In this document: positions 9,530-19,786 of the stretch, in pieces
Numbering within the stretch: the stretch's first letter is position 1
Layout: each line of letters starts with the position of its first letter
NCBI GenBank assembly: GCA_045588145.1
Contig: JAZNDS010000049.1
Span: forward strand, 1,766 to 65,765
From: Eubacteriales bacterium
Lineage (GTDB): Bacteria > Bacillota > Clostridia > Oscillospirales > CAG-272
DNA: 64,000 nucleotides
Direction: 5' to 3'
The notes under the pieces: generated by a model
The model's database searches: none
What the model saw: only the letters and a program-made list of their open reading frames with translations
What the model was told of the DNA's origin: nothing
Made by a program: the position numbers and the translations under genes

Positions 9530-10768
9530 ATGGACAGAACCATTCTGCATTGCGATTGCAATTCCTTTTTCGCTTCGGTCGAGTGTGTCCTGGACCCCTC
9601 GCTCTGGTCGGTCCCGATGGCGGTCTGCGGAAGTGAGGAGGATCGGCACGGCATCGTGCTGGCGAAAAACGAGCCGGCGAAAAAATTCGGCATCAAGACC
9701 GCCGAAACGGTTTACAGCGCCCGCCGCAAATGCCCGCAGCTGGTCACCGTCCCCCCGCATTACGAGGCCTACGCGCGCACCTCGGCGGCGATCAACGCGA
9801 TCTATGCGCGCTTCACCGATCTTTACGAGCCCTTCAGCATTGACGAATCCTGGCTGGACGTCACGGGTAGCCGTGCTCTTTTCGGGGATGGGCTTGCCAT
9901 TGCGAGGCAGATCAGCGAAACCGTCAAAAGGGAGATCGGGATAACCGTTTCTATCGGCGTATCCTTCAATAAGACCTTTGCCAAGCTTGGCAGCGACTAT
10001 AAAAAGCCCGACGCGATCACGGTCATCAGTCGGGAAAACTACAAGGATATCCTCTTTCCTCTCCCCATAGAAGACATGCTCTTCGTCGGGGGGAAGACCG
10101 CCGCCCTTTTACGGAGCGCGGGGATCCGCACCATCGGGGATCTGGCAAGCAGCAGCCGCGCCTTTCTCGCCGCCCGCCTCGGCAAGGCGGGAGAGCAACT
10201 GTACGCCGCCGCTAACGGTCTGGATGAATCGCCGGTCATCCCCCCCTGTGAGCAGGAGGAGATCAAAAGCGTCAGCAAGGGGATGACCTTCCGCCGCGAT
10301 ATTGTGGGGCGGGAGGAGGTAAGGCTCTGCCTTTCGGTGCTTTCCGAGGAGATCGGCGAGCGGCTTCGTAAAAAGGGCCTTTGCGCCTCCACCGTCTCGG
10401 TTTCTGTCAAGGATCCCGCCCTTTCGGTCGTCAGCCGCCAGTGCAAGCTTTCCCCGCCGACCGATCTCGGGAGGGAGCTTTCCGCGGCCGCCCTTTCGCT
10501 TGTCGAGGGGCTGCTGTACGGCGATCGCCCCATACGGATGCTGACGGTATCGGCCAGCGGCCTTGCGCGCAAGGACGACGGCGAGCAGATCGGCTTTTTC
10601 GATGAAGAGCGAGACGAAAGACGGCAAAAGACCGAGCGGATCGAGGTGGCGATCGATGGGATCCGCCACCGCTTCGGCAACGGATCGATCTACAGCGGCG
10701 CCCTGATCGACAACGACCTCGGCATCCGCGGCGGCCATAGTGAAAAGAAAGAAAAAACGGATAAATGA
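9530..10768 (+). CDS. dinB: DNA polymerase IV (Y family)
   Basis: 'ILHCDCNSFFASVE', 'SIDESWLDV', 'KKPDAIT'. Confidence 0.93.
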   Translation: MDRTILHCDCNSFFASVECVLDPSLWSVPMAVCGSEEDRHGIVLAKNEPAKKFGIKTAETVYSARRKCPQLVTVPPHYEAYARTSAAINAIYARFTDLYEPFSIDESWLDVTGSRALFGDGLAIARQISETVKREIGITVSIGVSFNKTFAKLGSDYKKPDAITVISRENYKDILFPLPIEDMLFVGGKTAALLRSAGIRTIGDLASSSRAFLAARLGKAGEQLYAAANGLDESPVIPPCEQEEIKSVSKGMTFRRDIVGREEVRLCLSVLSEEIGERLRKKGLCASTVSVSVKDPALSVVSRQCKLSPPTDLGRELSAAALSLVEGLLYGDRPIRMLTVSASGLARKDDGEQIGFFDEERDERRQKTERIEVAIDGIRHRFGNGSIYSGALIDNDLGIRGGHSEKKEKTDK

Positions 10769-10806
10769 AAAGAAAACTTTACGGTCGGCAAAATTCATAA
10801 GTCGAA

Positions 10807-10845
10807 ATGAGGGCTGCCGCGGCATAGCGCCGCGGCAGCCCTCAT
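10807..10845. repeat. perfect 17-bp-arm palindrome (terminator or REP-like)
   Basis: ATGAGGGCTGCCGCGGC-atagc-GCCGCGGCAGCCCTCAT; no clear U-tract. Confidence 0.6.
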
Positions 10846-10853
10846 AGAATTTC

Positions 10854-10882
10854 TTGACAAGACCTTTCTTTTTTGCTATAAT
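10854..10882 (+). promoter_or_regulatory. sigma-A promoter for mntP
   Basis: TTGACA-17 bp-TATAAT, perfect consensus. Confidence 0.85.
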
Positions 10883-10942
10883 ACTACCGCTTGCGCGGGG
10901 GAGAAACACTTCACCGCCGATTTTTAATACGAGGCAGCAAAT

Positions 10943-11536
10943 ATGGATTTCGTTTTCTTTATGAACAGCGCCCTGCTCGGTGTGGGGCTGGCGATGGACG
11001 CCTTCTCGGTCTCCTTGGCGGACGGCCTGCACGAGCCGTCTATGCCACGCAAAAAATGCCTGGCGGTCGCTTCGGTCTTCGCCTTCTTTCAGGCGGCGAT
11101 GCCGCTTCTTGGGTGGGTGGCGGTCCACACGGTGCTTTCGGTCTTTTCGGCGCTTGAAAAATTCATTCCGCTGACCGCGCTCCTTTTGCTTGCCTTTATC
11201 GGCGGCAAGATGATCTTTGAGGCGATGCACGAATGCCCCCCCGGTGACGAAGCGTGTGCGCTTCGGAAAAGGCTTTCCCCGCGGCTGCTTCTCGTGCAGG
11301 GGATCGCCACCTCGATCGACGCGCTGTCGGTCGGCTTCACGATCGCCACCTATAATTTCCTTTACGCCCTTATTGCTTGTCTCGTTATCGCCCTTATTAC
11401 CTTTTTCATCTGCTTCGGCGGTATTTACATCGGAAAGAGATTCGGCGTCGCCCTTTCCCGCAAGGCGGGTGTTCTCGGCGGCGTGATCCTGATCCTTATC
11501 GGTCTTGAGATCTTTCTTTCCTCGCTGTTTGCCTGA
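10943..11536 (+). CDS. mntP: manganese efflux pump MntP family
   Basis: 'GLAMDAFSVS', 'IATSIDALSVG', about 6 TM segments. Confidence 0.9.
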   Translation: MDFVFFMNSALLGVGLAMDAFSVSLADGLHEPSMPRKKCLAVASVFAFFQAAMPLLGWVAVHTVLSVFSALEKFIPLTALLLLAFIGGKMIFEAMHECPPGDEACALRKRLSPRLLLVQGIATSIDALSVGFTIATYNFLYALIACLVIALITFFICFGGIYIGKRFGVALSRKAGVLGGVILILIGLEIFLSSLFA

Positions 11537-11547
11537 TTTTGACCCAT

Positions 11548-11582
11548 AAAGAAAAACCGCCTCCGGGGGCGGTTTTTCTTTA
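11548..11582 (+). terminator. intrinsic terminator
   Basis: AAAGAAAAACCGCC...GGCGGTTTTTCTTT hairpin. Confidence 0.8.
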
Positions 11583-11669
11583 TCCCGAACGCCTTGATAA
11601 ATGAGAAAAAATATGCTATACTGAAAGCGATCGAAAAAGGCGGTCTGCCTTTCTTTTTGCGGAGGCTTC

Positions 11670-12662
11670 ATGAAAAAAATTCTTTTGATCGGGACCGGCG
11701 GCACGATTGCCTCCGAAATGAAGGCAGGGGGGCTTGCGCCCGAATTAAGCAGCGAGCAGCTGCTTTGCTTTATTCCCGAGATCGCCGCCCTTTGTCAGGT
11801 TGTATGCGTTCAGCTTTATAATCTTGACAGCACGAACTTCTGCCCGAAGCATTGGCTCGGGATCGCGGGTCTGATCCGTGACCGTTACCGTGAATTTGAC
11901 GGCTTTGTGGTCAGCCACGGAACCGATACGATGGCCTATACCGCCGCGGCACTTTCTTATCTCATTCAGAATGCCGATAAGCCCATCGTGCTTACGGGCG
12001 CCCAAAAGCCGATCTGGTACGACGGAACCGATTCCAAAAGGAACCTGACCGATGCCTTTCTTTACGCCTGTCGGGGATGCGGTGGCGTGCAGATCGTTTT
12101 TAACGGCAAGGTCATTCTCGGCACCCGTGCCCGCAAGACCTATTCCAAAAGCTTTCAGGCCTTTTCTTCGGTTAATTATCCTTCTCTCGCTCTCATTCAG
12201 GACGGACACGTTTTTCAGTATATCAGAACGCAAGCGGCTGCCACCCCGACCTTCTATGAAAAAATGCACGATCGTGTGGGGGTGCTGAAGCTTATCCCCG
12301 GCATTGACGGAGAGGTCGTTCACTTTATGCTGGATAAATACGACGGCCTGATCATCGAGGGCTTTGGGGTCGGTGGGCTTCCGCAGTATTCGGATCTTTA
12401 CGAAAGCGTAAGGGATGCCACCGAAAAAGGGAAGATCGTGGTTATGACCACCCAGGTGCCGAACGAGGGAAGCGATCTTGCGGTCTATAACGTCGGTGGG
12501 GTCCTGAAAAGCACGACCCGCGTTTTGGAGGCCTTTGATATGACCACGGAAACCGCGCTCACCAAGCTGATGTGGATCCTTGGGATCACGAAGAAGTTTG
12601 AAACGGTCAAAAAACTGTTTTATACCCCCGTGGCGTACGATATTCTCTATACCGGTGAATAA
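11670..12662 (+). CDS. ansA: L-asparaginase type I
   Basis: 'IGTGGTIAS' and 'HGTDTMAYTA' catalytic Thr motifs. Confidence 0.92.
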   Translation: MKKILLIGTGGTIASEMKAGGLAPELSSEQLLCFIPEIAALCQVVCVQLYNLDSTNFCPKHWLGIAGLIRDRYREFDGFVVSHGTDTMAYTAAALSYLIQNADKPIVLTGAQKPIWYDGTDSKRNLTDAFLYACRGCGGVQIVFNGKVILGTRARKTYSKSFQAFSSVNYPSLALIQDGHVFQYIRTQAAATPTFYEKMHDRVGVLKLIPGIDGEVVHFMLDKYDGLIIEGFGVGGLPQYSDLYESVRDATEKGKIVVMTTQVPNEGSDLAVYNVGGVLKSTTRVLEAFDMTTETALTKLMWILGITKKFETVKKLFYTPVAYDILYTGE

Positions 12663-12695
12663 TAAAAAAGCCTTCGCAGGAAGGCTTTTTTTATT
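12661..12695. terminator. bidirectional terminator
   Basis: AATAAAAAAGCCTTC-gcag-GAAGGCTTTTTTT hairpin between convergent genes. Confidence 0.8.
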
Positions 12696-13386
12696 CCGCT
12701 TTATAAACGTCCTTTACGAAGAGGGTATCGCCCTCCACCGTAAAGGCGATCTCAAGCCCCGCGAAGCGCATGCGGTAGATGCGCGCGGCATCGGCCTGGT
12801 ACGAGGGGCGCGGGTCCTCCGCAAGGCAGAGCAAAAGGGCCTCTCTTTTTTCGGACGGCAGCGCTTCTGAAAGGGAAGGGGGAAAATCCACCGTCAAGCG
12901 ATGCGATGTCTCGGCCTCGGCATAGCCGCCGCGGGCATCGGGGTGACAGTCCGAGGGAAGATAGGGCTTGATATCGAAGATCGGCGTTCCGCTAACGAGA
13001 TCCGCCCCGCCGACCAGCAGGCAATCCCCCTCCTTTTCGCTATGCTCGATGCCGAGAAGGGTGACCGAGGAAAGGCCGATGGGATTGGGGCGGAAGGGAG
13101 AGCGGCTGGCGAAGACCCCCACACGGCGGTTCCCGCCAAGGCGGGGCGGGCGCACGGTGGGCGACCACTTGTCGCGGTGCGAAAGCGAAAAATCAAAAAG
13201 GAGCCACAGGTGTGAAAAGCCCTCGATCTCCCGCAGGGCATCGGGGTTTCGGTAGGCGGGGAGAAAAACGATGCGTCCGCGCAGCCTCTCCACCCGCCCG
13301 CTTTGACGCGGAATTCCGAATTTGTCGGGAAAGTCGGTCTCGATATACGCGATCGGCTCGATCAGAAGCGGATTTTTCTTTGGCAT
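12691..13386 (-). CDS. trmO: tRNA t6A37 N6-methyltransferase TrmO (TsaA)
   Basis: 'KFGIPRQSG', 'GVFASRSPFRPNPIGLS', 'GTPIFDIKPY'. Confidence 0.9.
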   Translation of the reverse strand: MPKKNPLLIEPIAYIETDFPDKFGIPRQSGRVERLRGRIVFLPAYRNPDALREIEGFSHLWLLFDFSLSHRDKWSPTVRPPRLGGNRRVGVFASRSPFRPNPIGLSSVTLLGIEHSEKEGDCLLVGGADLVSGTPIFDIKPYLPSDCHPDARGGYAEAETSHRLTVDFPPSLSEALPSEKREALLLCLAEDPRPSYQADAARIYRMRFAGLEIAFTVEGDTLFVKDVYKAE

Positions 13387-13491
13387 ACGGACTCCTTTCT
13401 TAAGACGGCCGTGGGAAATTGCCCCCTTTTTTCTTGACAGGAAAAGCATTGTTTGCTACAATGGAGATAAGTAAAAAAGAAGGATAAACGT

Positions 13492-14193
13492 ATGATACCA
13501 AAAAGCCTTGCGAAGCAATTCGATACCGTGATCGTGCTGGATACCGAAACAACGGGGATCAAGCATAAGGAGGACAGGATCATTGAGCTGGCCGCCGCCC
13601 GCATGGATAAAAAGGGTGGAAGGCGCCCAACGGCGACGATGGATCTCTTTATCCGCCTGCCCGAAGGGCAGCGTATCCCCGATGAGATCGTTCTTCTCAC
13701 CGGCATCACCGATAAAATGCTGGAGGAGGAGGGGGTGGAGGAGGCCGAGGCCGCTTCCCGCTTTGCCTCGCTCTTTCCCGATGAGGGAGCTATCCTTGTG
13801 GCGGCCTACAACGCCCAGTTTGACCTTTGCTTTTTGTATTACTGCCTTTTGCGGCACGGCTACACCGATCTTTTGCGCCGTGTAAGGTTTCTGGACCTTT
13901 TGACCGTCTATAAGGATCGGCGCCCCTATCCCCATAAGCTTTGCAACGCGGTCGAAAGCTATCGCCTGCATACCGAGAACACCCACCGCGCGATCGACGA
14001 TACGCTCGCCGCCTTTGAGCTGCTTTCCGAAATGGGGAAGGAAAAGGACGATCTTTCCTCCTATATCAATCTGTTCGGGTATAACCCGAAATACGGTGTC
14101 TCGGGTCCGAAGATCTCCTCGATCACCTACCGCCCTCAGCGCTACGACCCGAAGGCCCCCTTGTACGAGGAAGAGGCGGTTCCTTCTTTTTGA
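13492..14193 (+). CDS. DEDDh 3'-5' exonuclease (DnaQ-like)
   Basis: 'LDTETTG', 'AYNAQFD', 'HRAIDD'. Confidence 0.9.
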   Translation: MIPKSLAKQFDTVIVLDTETTGIKHKEDRIIELAAARMDKKGGRRPTATMDLFIRLPEGQRIPDEIVLLTGITDKMLEEEGVEEAEAASRFASLFPDEGAILVAAYNAQFDLCFLYYCLLRHGYTDLLRRVRFLDLLTVYKDRRPYPHKLCNAVESYRLHTENTHRAIDDTLAAFELLSEMGKEKDDLSSYINLFGYNPKYGVSGPKISSITYRPQRYDPKAPLYEEEAVPSF

Positions 14194-14205
14194 AAGGTTT
14201 TGTTT

Positions 14206-14895
14206 TCAAAAAGTGAATATTAGCCAGGATATACCCCGCAAAACGGCTAAATGCAAGGGGTAGAAGAGGTAGAAGAAATATTTCATTCGATATTTCCCCG
14301 GCTTGCCGTTATACAGCGCCAGAAGCGGAAGGGCAAGAAGCGACAGCAGCTCGATGAACGAATCGATAAGCAGATAGCTTGAAAGGCTGGCAAACAGCAG
14401 CCCGACCGCAAGGGCGGCAAGGCGCGCCGGCTTGCCTTTGAACAGCGAGATCAGAAGCGGCGTGATGACCCCCGCAAAGCCGTAGTCGACCGTGAAATAG
14501 AGACAGAAGATATAAAATCCGAAGAGCAACGAAAGGAAAAGCAGCAAATAAAGCGAGAAGGACTTGTGTTGCCTTTCTTTATAGGCCTTCTTCGTTCGCT
14601 CGGCCACCTCCATCAGGATCAGGGAGCAGGAGAAGGTCACAAGGATGCACATCGTCGTAAAATCTCCGACGAAGCCGTACACCAGCTGGCAGATAAGCGC
14701 CAGGATGAAGATCCGCAAAAAGTATTTGATCCGGGAGCGTGTGTAAAGAAACCCTTCGGCGATAAAGTAGGCGAAGATCGGAAAGCCGATCCGCCCGATC
14801 GCGCGGATCCACATCACTTCGGGAAAGAAGATGACCCCCGTATGGTCTATGATCATGATGATGACCGCGATCATCTTTAAAACAAATCCACTCAT
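14206..14895 (-). CDS. TraX-family membrane acyltransferase
   Basis: 'LKMIA...MIIDH', 'IGRIGFPIFAY', 'KYFFYLFYPLHL'. Confidence 0.85.
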   Translation of the reverse strand: MSGFVLKMIAVIIMIIDHTGVIFFPEVMWIRAIGRIGFPIFAYFIAEGFLYTRSRIKYFLRIFILALICQLVYGFVGDFTTMCILVTFSCSLILMEVAERTKKAYKERQHKSFSLYLLLFLSLLFGFYIFCLYFTVDYGFAGVITPLLISLFKGKPARLAALAVGLLFASLSSYLLIDSFIELLSLLALPLLALYNGKPGKYRMKYFFYLFYPLHLAVLRGISWLIFTF

Positions 14896-14987
14896 AAGAT
14901 CCCTCGTTTTCGTGATACCCCGATTATACGGGAAAAGCCGCGGTTTGTCAAGAGAGGGGTCATGAAAAAACAAAAAGGAGCGCTGCG

Positions 14988-15311
14988 ATGAAAAAATGCC
15001 GCATCACGGTCATGGCGATCACCGCCTATCCCGATTTGATGAAAGAATACGAAAATCCCATTTCCCACACGTGCGATATGCGAATGGGGCAAAGCTTCCT
15101 CACCGAGAATGGGGAACGCCCCGAGGGGCTTTGCGAAAGCGCGTGGGAGAGCATGCGCCCTTTTGTTGAAGCCCTTTGCCAAGGGGGCGGCAATTTTTAC
15201 GACGGTTGGATGAAGGATCCTCATTCCGCCATGATCTCGTGTAACGACGGCTTTCGCCCCGTCAGCTTTTATATCGAAGCCATAGAAGGAGAAGAAAATG
15301 AAAACAAATGA
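14988..15311 (+). CDS. TIGR04076 family Cys-rich protein
   Basis: 'PEGLCESAW', 'ISCNDGFRPVSF'. Confidence 0.75.
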   Translation: MKKCRITVMAITAYPDLMKEYENPISHTCDMRMGQSFLTENGERPEGLCESAWESMRPFVEALCQGGGNFYDGWMKDPHSAMISCNDGFRPVSFYIEAIEGEENENK

Positions 15312-16446
15312 AAAAAAGAAGACCTCCCGGATCGGGGAGATCCTTGCGGTCCTGATCTATCTTATCATCGGCGGCGTCTGCGGCATTCTGATCACCGATA
15401 CGATGAATACTCTTCCCCTGGGGGAGGATCTATTTTGGGAGCTGCTTTTGTTCGCCGCCTCGCTCCTTCTTCTGGTCCTTGTTCTGTATCTTTCGACCCT
15501 TCTGCACGAAGGGGGGCATCTTATCGCGGGCCTTTTGTCGGGCTACGGCTTTTCGTCCTTCCGTATCGGCAATCTTATGATCGTTAAAGAGGGGGGAAAG
15601 CTTCGCTTTCGCCGTCTTTCGCTTCTCGGCACGGGCGGACAGTGCCTGCTTACCCCGCCGCCGCTTGTTAACGGAAAATGTCCCTACGTGCTTTATAACC
15701 TCGGCGGCTCGCTTTCCAATCTTTTCTTTGCCGCCCTCTTTTTCGGCCTTTCCTTCCTTTGTGGGGCGCTTCCCTTTTTGCGGATGCTGCTTTTGATGGC
15801 GGCGTTCATCGGCTTTGCCTTCGCCCTTGCCAACGGGATCCCGCTTCGCACGGGTATGGTGAACAACGACGGCAGAAACACGCTTGAGATGCGTAAGAAT
15901 CCCCGTGCGCTTTATGCCTTCTGGCTGCAGCTGGCGATCAACGAGCAGACGGCCGAGGGGGTGCGCCTACGCGATATGAAGGAGGAATGGTTCCTTTTGC
16001 CCGAGGAGGAAAGCTGGGACGATGCGCTCCTCTCCACCATAGCTGTCTTTTGCGAAAACCGCCTTATGGACGCGCATCGCTTTGAGGAGGCGCGCCACCT
16101 GGCCGAGCGTCTGCTGGCCCATGGGGAAGGGGTGCTGGGGCTTTACCGTTCTCTCCTTACGGCGGATCTATTGTATCTTTGCGCCCTTTCGGGGGATAAG
16201 GATGCCGCTTCTGCCCTGTACGATAAAAAGCAAAAAGGCTTTATGAAGCAGATGGCGACTTTTCCCGCCGTTATTCGGACCGAGCTTGCGCTTTCGCTTC
16301 TTTTCGGGGATAAAGAAAAGCAAAAGAGGACCGAGGCTCTCTTTGAGCGGGTGAAAAAGACCCACCCTTATACCGCCGATATCGAAAGCGAGGAGGAGCT
16401 GATCGCCCTTCTTTACGAAAAAGCGGGGGATGTGGCCGCTCCGTAA
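15298..16446 (+). CDS. M50-family intramembrane metallopeptidase
   Basis: HEGGH in a TM segment, downstream 'NDG' motif. Confidence 0.8.
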   Translation: MKTNEKKKTSRIGEILAVLIYLIIGGVCGILITDTMNTLPLGEDLFWELLLFAASLLLLVLVLYLSTLLHEGGHLIAGLLSGYGFSSFRIGNLMIVKEGGKLRFRRLSLLGTGGQCLLTPPPLVNGKCPYVLYNLGGSLSNLFFAALFFGLSFLCGALPFLRMLLLMAAFIGFAFALANGIPLRTGMVNNDGRNTLEMRKNPRALYAFWLQLAINEQTAEGVRLRDMKEEWFLLPEEESWDDALLSTIAVFCENRLMDAHRFEEARHLAERLLAHGEGVLGLYRSLLTADLLYLCALSGDKDAASALYDKKQKGFMKQMATFPAVIRTELALSLLFGDKEKQKRTEALFERVKKTHPYTADIESEEELIALLYEKAGDVAAP

Positions 16447-16455
16447 AAATATCCG

Positions 16456-16483
16456 AAAAGGCAGACAGGCGTCTGCCTTTTTT
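16456..16483 (+). terminator. intrinsic terminator
   Basis: AAAAGGCAGAC-aggc-GTCTGCCTTTTTT. Confidence 0.8.
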
Positions 16484-16557
16484 GAACGGATCGGCTCTTT
16501 TTCCTTGAAAAAGAGAGACAAGTATTGTATAATGAAAGAAAAAAAGGGGGAAAGGCT

Positions 16558-17427
16558 TTGCGAAAAAGAAACGAAACACCGTTAAGCAGCGTTCTGTCGG
16601 TCGACAGCGTGATCGGGGTCTATTACGTACCCCTGAAAAGCGCCGGCCCTCCGGCCGAGGTGTATGATTTTTATCAGCTTTTATATATTGACGGCGGGGA
16701 ATACTCCTTTTCGATCGGGGGGGAGCGGTATACCCTGCAAAACGGGCAGCTGTTTCTTTGCCCGCCCGATCGGTGCCGTGAAAATGGGGAGATAAACCGT
16801 GTTCAGGCGGGGCTTATCAGCTTTCGCAGCTCGTCGCTTGCGGTAGAGGAGCTGGCCGGCCGGGTCTTTACCCCCACCGAAAAGCAGCGTGCCGTTCTTT
16901 CCGAGCTGCTCTCCGAGGGGGGGCGTATTTTCGGTAAGATCGAAAAAAAGGGGGAGCTTTTCGGCCAGTGGCCCGCCCCCGATGTCTCAAGCGTTGAGCT
17001 TTCGCTTTTTAAAAGCAAATTAGAGCTTTTGCTCACCTCGCTGTGCCGCGGGGCGGATAAGGGGGGCGAGGCACTTTCTCCGCAAAACCGCGCGAATTAC
17101 CGGGATTATCTTTACGGAAGGCTGTGCATGTTTCTTGCCGATCACCTGTTTGAATCGCCGACGGTCGATCAGATCGCGGAGCATATGGGCATCAGCAAGA
17201 GCAGCTTAAAGCGCCTTTGCTACGAAAAAACGGGCGGTGGCGTTATAAAGCTCTTTCTCGGTATGAAGACCGAGGAGGCCAAGCGTCTTCTGGATAAGAC
17301 CGATCTGAACGTTGGCGAGATCGCCGAGCAGCTCGGCTTTTCCGGTGTACATTATTTTTCGCGCTTCTTCAAAAAGCAGACGGGGCTTTCCCCCCTCGCG
17401 TACGCCAGATCGGGCATAAAGCTCTGA
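16558..17427 (+). CDS. AraC family transcriptional regulator
   Basis: Cupin-like N-terminus, 'LGFSGVHYFSRFFKKQTGLSP'; TTG start at 16558 chosen because TTGAAA-17-TATAAT lies at 16505-16533. Confidence 0.88.
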   Translation: MRKRNETPLSSVLSVDSVIGVYYVPLKSAGPPAEVYDFYQLLYIDGGEYSFSIGGERYTLQNGQLFLCPPDRCRENGEINRVQAGLISFRSSSLAVEELAGRVFTPTEKQRAVLSELLSEGGRIFGKIEKKGELFGQWPAPDVSSVELSLFKSKLELLLTSLCRGADKGGEALSPQNRANYRDYLYGRLCMFLADHLFESPTVDQIAEHMGISKSSLKRLCYEKTGGGVIKLFLGMKTEEAKRLLDKTDLNVGEIAEQLGFSGVHYFSRFFKKQTGLSPLAYARSGIKL

Positions 17428-17594
17428 ATGGATTTTTGCATCTTTTATATGTGCAAAAATTGCTATTCTTTTTTCTTCAAAAAAGCAGATCCTCCCCAAA
17501 AATTCCTTAAAAACCGAACTTATTGGGTCTCTTCTTTTTAAAAAAGCGCGAGTGAAAAGAGCAATTTTTGCAATCATATTTATTCAAAGTGCAA

Positions 17595-17623
17595 TTGACT
17601 TGCCCTTAAAATACGTATATAAT
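17595..17623 (+). promoter_or_regulatory. sigma-A promoter for Gfo/Idh/MocA pair
   Basis: TTGACT-17 bp-TATAAT. Confidence 0.75.
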
Positions 17624-17677
17624 GCAAATAAGGGATAAAGGCAAAAAGACTTTTTCCTATGAAACGGAGGATTAATT

Positions 17678-18781
17678 ATGGCAGTAAGACTTGGTATCAT
17701 TGGATATGGCGGTATTGGCGGATTTCACGAATCGTATTTAACGGCCGGGGAAATTAAAAATTGTGTTCTCACCGCCGTTTGCGATATTGACGAAAAGCAG
17801 CTGAAAAAGGCGGAGGTCAAATTCGGCGATAAGGTCAAGCGCTTCTCGGATTATCACGATCTGATCTCTTCGGGGGAATGCGACGCCGTTATCGTTTCCA
17901 CCCCGCACTACGATCATCCCGGCATTTCGATCGACTGCCTGAAGGCGGGCCTTCACGTGATCGTGGAAAAGCCTGCGGGCGTTTATACCAAGGCTGTTCT
18001 CGAAATGAACAAGGTCGCAAAGGAGAGCGGCAAGGTCTTTACGATCATGTACTGCATGAGAACCGATGAAAAATATAAGAAGATCAAGGATCTTGTCACA
18101 AGCGGCGAGCTTGGAGAGATCAAGCGTGTCAACTGGATCGCGACCGACTGGTATCGCCCCCAGGCTTATCACGATTCCTCCTCCTGGCGCTCCTCCTGGA
18201 AGACCGAGGGCGGCGGGTTGATCATCAACCAGTGCCCCCACAATCTCGACATTCTGCAATGGATCTTCGGTATGCCCGAGGAGATCACCGCGCACTGCGA
18301 GTTCGGAAAATATTATAACATCGAGGTCGAGGACGACGTTACCGTCCATATGCATTATAAAAACGGCATGAACTGCGTCTTTATTGCTTCGACGGGGGAA
18401 GCCCCCGGCACCAACCGCCTGGAGATCGCGGGCAGCCGCGGGCAGCTTATCGTCGAAAACGGGGAAATGATCTTCAAGCGCAACCGTGTTGACGAGCGTG
18501 TACATAATGCCAACAACAAGGTAAGTATGGCAAAGCCCGAGGTATGGGAATGCAAGGTTCCGATGGTCAACACCGCGAAGATCCATCAACGGATCACCCA
18601 GAACTTTGTTAACGCGATCGAAAAGGGAGAAGCCCTGATCGCCCCCGGCGAAAGCGGCATCAATGAAATGGAGATCTCCAACGCCATTCATATGTCGGCC
18701 TGGACGAAGCAAACCGTTAAGCTGCCCGTCGATCCCGATAAGTTCTACGCGCTGCTGCAGGAAAAGATCAACGGGAAATAA
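17678..18781 (+). CDS. Gfo/Idh/MocA family oxidoreductase
   Basis: 'GIIGYGGIG', 'HVIVEKP', 'GGGLIINQCPHNLD'. Confidence 0.92.
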   Translation: MAVRLGIIGYGGIGGFHESYLTAGEIKNCVLTAVCDIDEKQLKKAEVKFGDKVKRFSDYHDLISSGECDAVIVSTPHYDHPGISIDCLKAGLHVIVEKPAGVYTKAVLEMNKVAKESGKVFTIMYCMRTDEKYKKIKDLVTSGELGEIKRVNWIATDWYRPQAYHDSSSWRSSWKTEGGGLIINQCPHNLDILQWIFGMPEEITAHCEFGKYYNIEVEDDVTVHMHYKNGMNCVFIASTGEAPGTNRLEIAGSRGQLIVENGEMIFKRNRVDERVHNANNKVSMAKPEVWECKVPMVNTAKIHQRITQNFVNAIEKGEALIAPGESGINEMEISNAIHMSAWTKQTVKLPVDPDKFYALLQEKINGK

Positions 18782-18803
18782 GAAGAGCGAAAGAGGAAAA
18801 CAG

Positions 18804-19784
18804 ATGAAAATTGCAATTATCGGTCTGCGCCACGGACACATTTTTTCGCTTTATCAATTAATTAAAAAAAGCTCGCGCGTGGAGTTTGCGGGTGCCTATG
18901 AGGCGGATGATGCCACGCGTGAGGCCGCGAAGAAAAATTACGGCATGAATTTTTATAGCACGCTTGAAGAGCTGCTTGGCGACGAAAGCATCGATGCCGT
19001 TGCCATCGGCGATTATTACGCCGCCCGCGGCGGCCACGCCATTGCCGCCCTGCGCGCAGGCAAGCACGTCATCGCCGACAAGCCGCTTTGCACCTCGCTT
19101 GACGAGCTTTGTGAAATTGAGCGTCTTTCGAAGGAAAAAGGACTTTCGGTCGGCTTGATGCTTGACCTCCGTTATCACAAAAATATCGTAGCCGCCAAAA
19201 AGCTGATCGAAGAGGGGACCCTCGGAGAGATCCACAACATTCAGTTCGGCGGTCAGCACCCCCTGCAATACGGCACGCGCGCCGGCTGGTATTTCGAGGA
19301 AGGGAAGCACGGCGGCACGATCAACGATATCGCGATCCACGGGGTCGACCTTCTTACCTATCTTACCGGGCAAACCGTTGAAAAGATCAACGCGGCACGC
19401 TGCTACAACGCCTACGCGAAGGAGGTTCCCACATTCCTTGATTGCGGCCAGTTTATGCTGACGCTTTCCGGCGGTGCCGGGGTTCTTGCCGACGTATCCT
19501 ACTCTGCGCCGAATACCCAAGGCTATTCCTACCCCTACTACTGGGAATTCCATATCTGGGGTGATAAGGGGATGATCTCTTTCGGCGTGAATACCGCGGG
19601 GGTCACGCTTTGCGCGAACGGCGAAAAGGCACCTCGTGTGGTCGAGCCCTGCGAGGCGGTCGACCAAACGCTTGACGCGTTTCTTGATGAGATCGAGGGA
19701 AAGCCCGCCGCTATAACCAGCGCGGAGGTCTTCGCCTCCTCCCGCGCGACGCTCCGGATCCAGAAGGCCGCTAACGAGGCCTGA
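18804..19784 (+). CDS. Gfo/Idh/MocA family oxidoreductase
   Basis: 'HVIADKP', 'GGTINDIAIHGVD'; RBS GAGG before ATG 18804. Confidence 0.9.
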   Translation: MKIAIIGLRHGHIFSLYQLIKKSSRVEFAGAYEADDATREAAKKNYGMNFYSTLEELLGDESIDAVAIGDYYAARGGHAIAALRAGKHVIADKPLCTSLDELCEIERLSKEKGLSVGLMLDLRYHKNIVAAKKLIEEGTLGEIHNIQFGGQHPLQYGTRAGWYFEEGKHGGTINDIAIHGVDLLTYLTGQTVEKINAARCYNAYAKEVPTFLDCGQFMLTLSGGAGVLADVSYSAPNTQGYSYPYYWEFHIWGDKGMISFGVNTAGVTLCANGEKAPRVVEPCEAVDQTLDAFLDEIEGKPAAITSAEVFASSRATLRIQKAANEA

Positions 19785-19786
19785 AT

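Noticed and set aside
10885-10942. yybP-ykoY Mn riboswitch before mntP
   Set aside because: The leader is only ~55 nt and lacks the four-way junction; GGGGAG alone is insufficient
14206-14895. Conjugative element implied by traX
   Set aside because: No relaxase, T4SS or integrase nearby; TraX-family acyltransferases are often chromosomal
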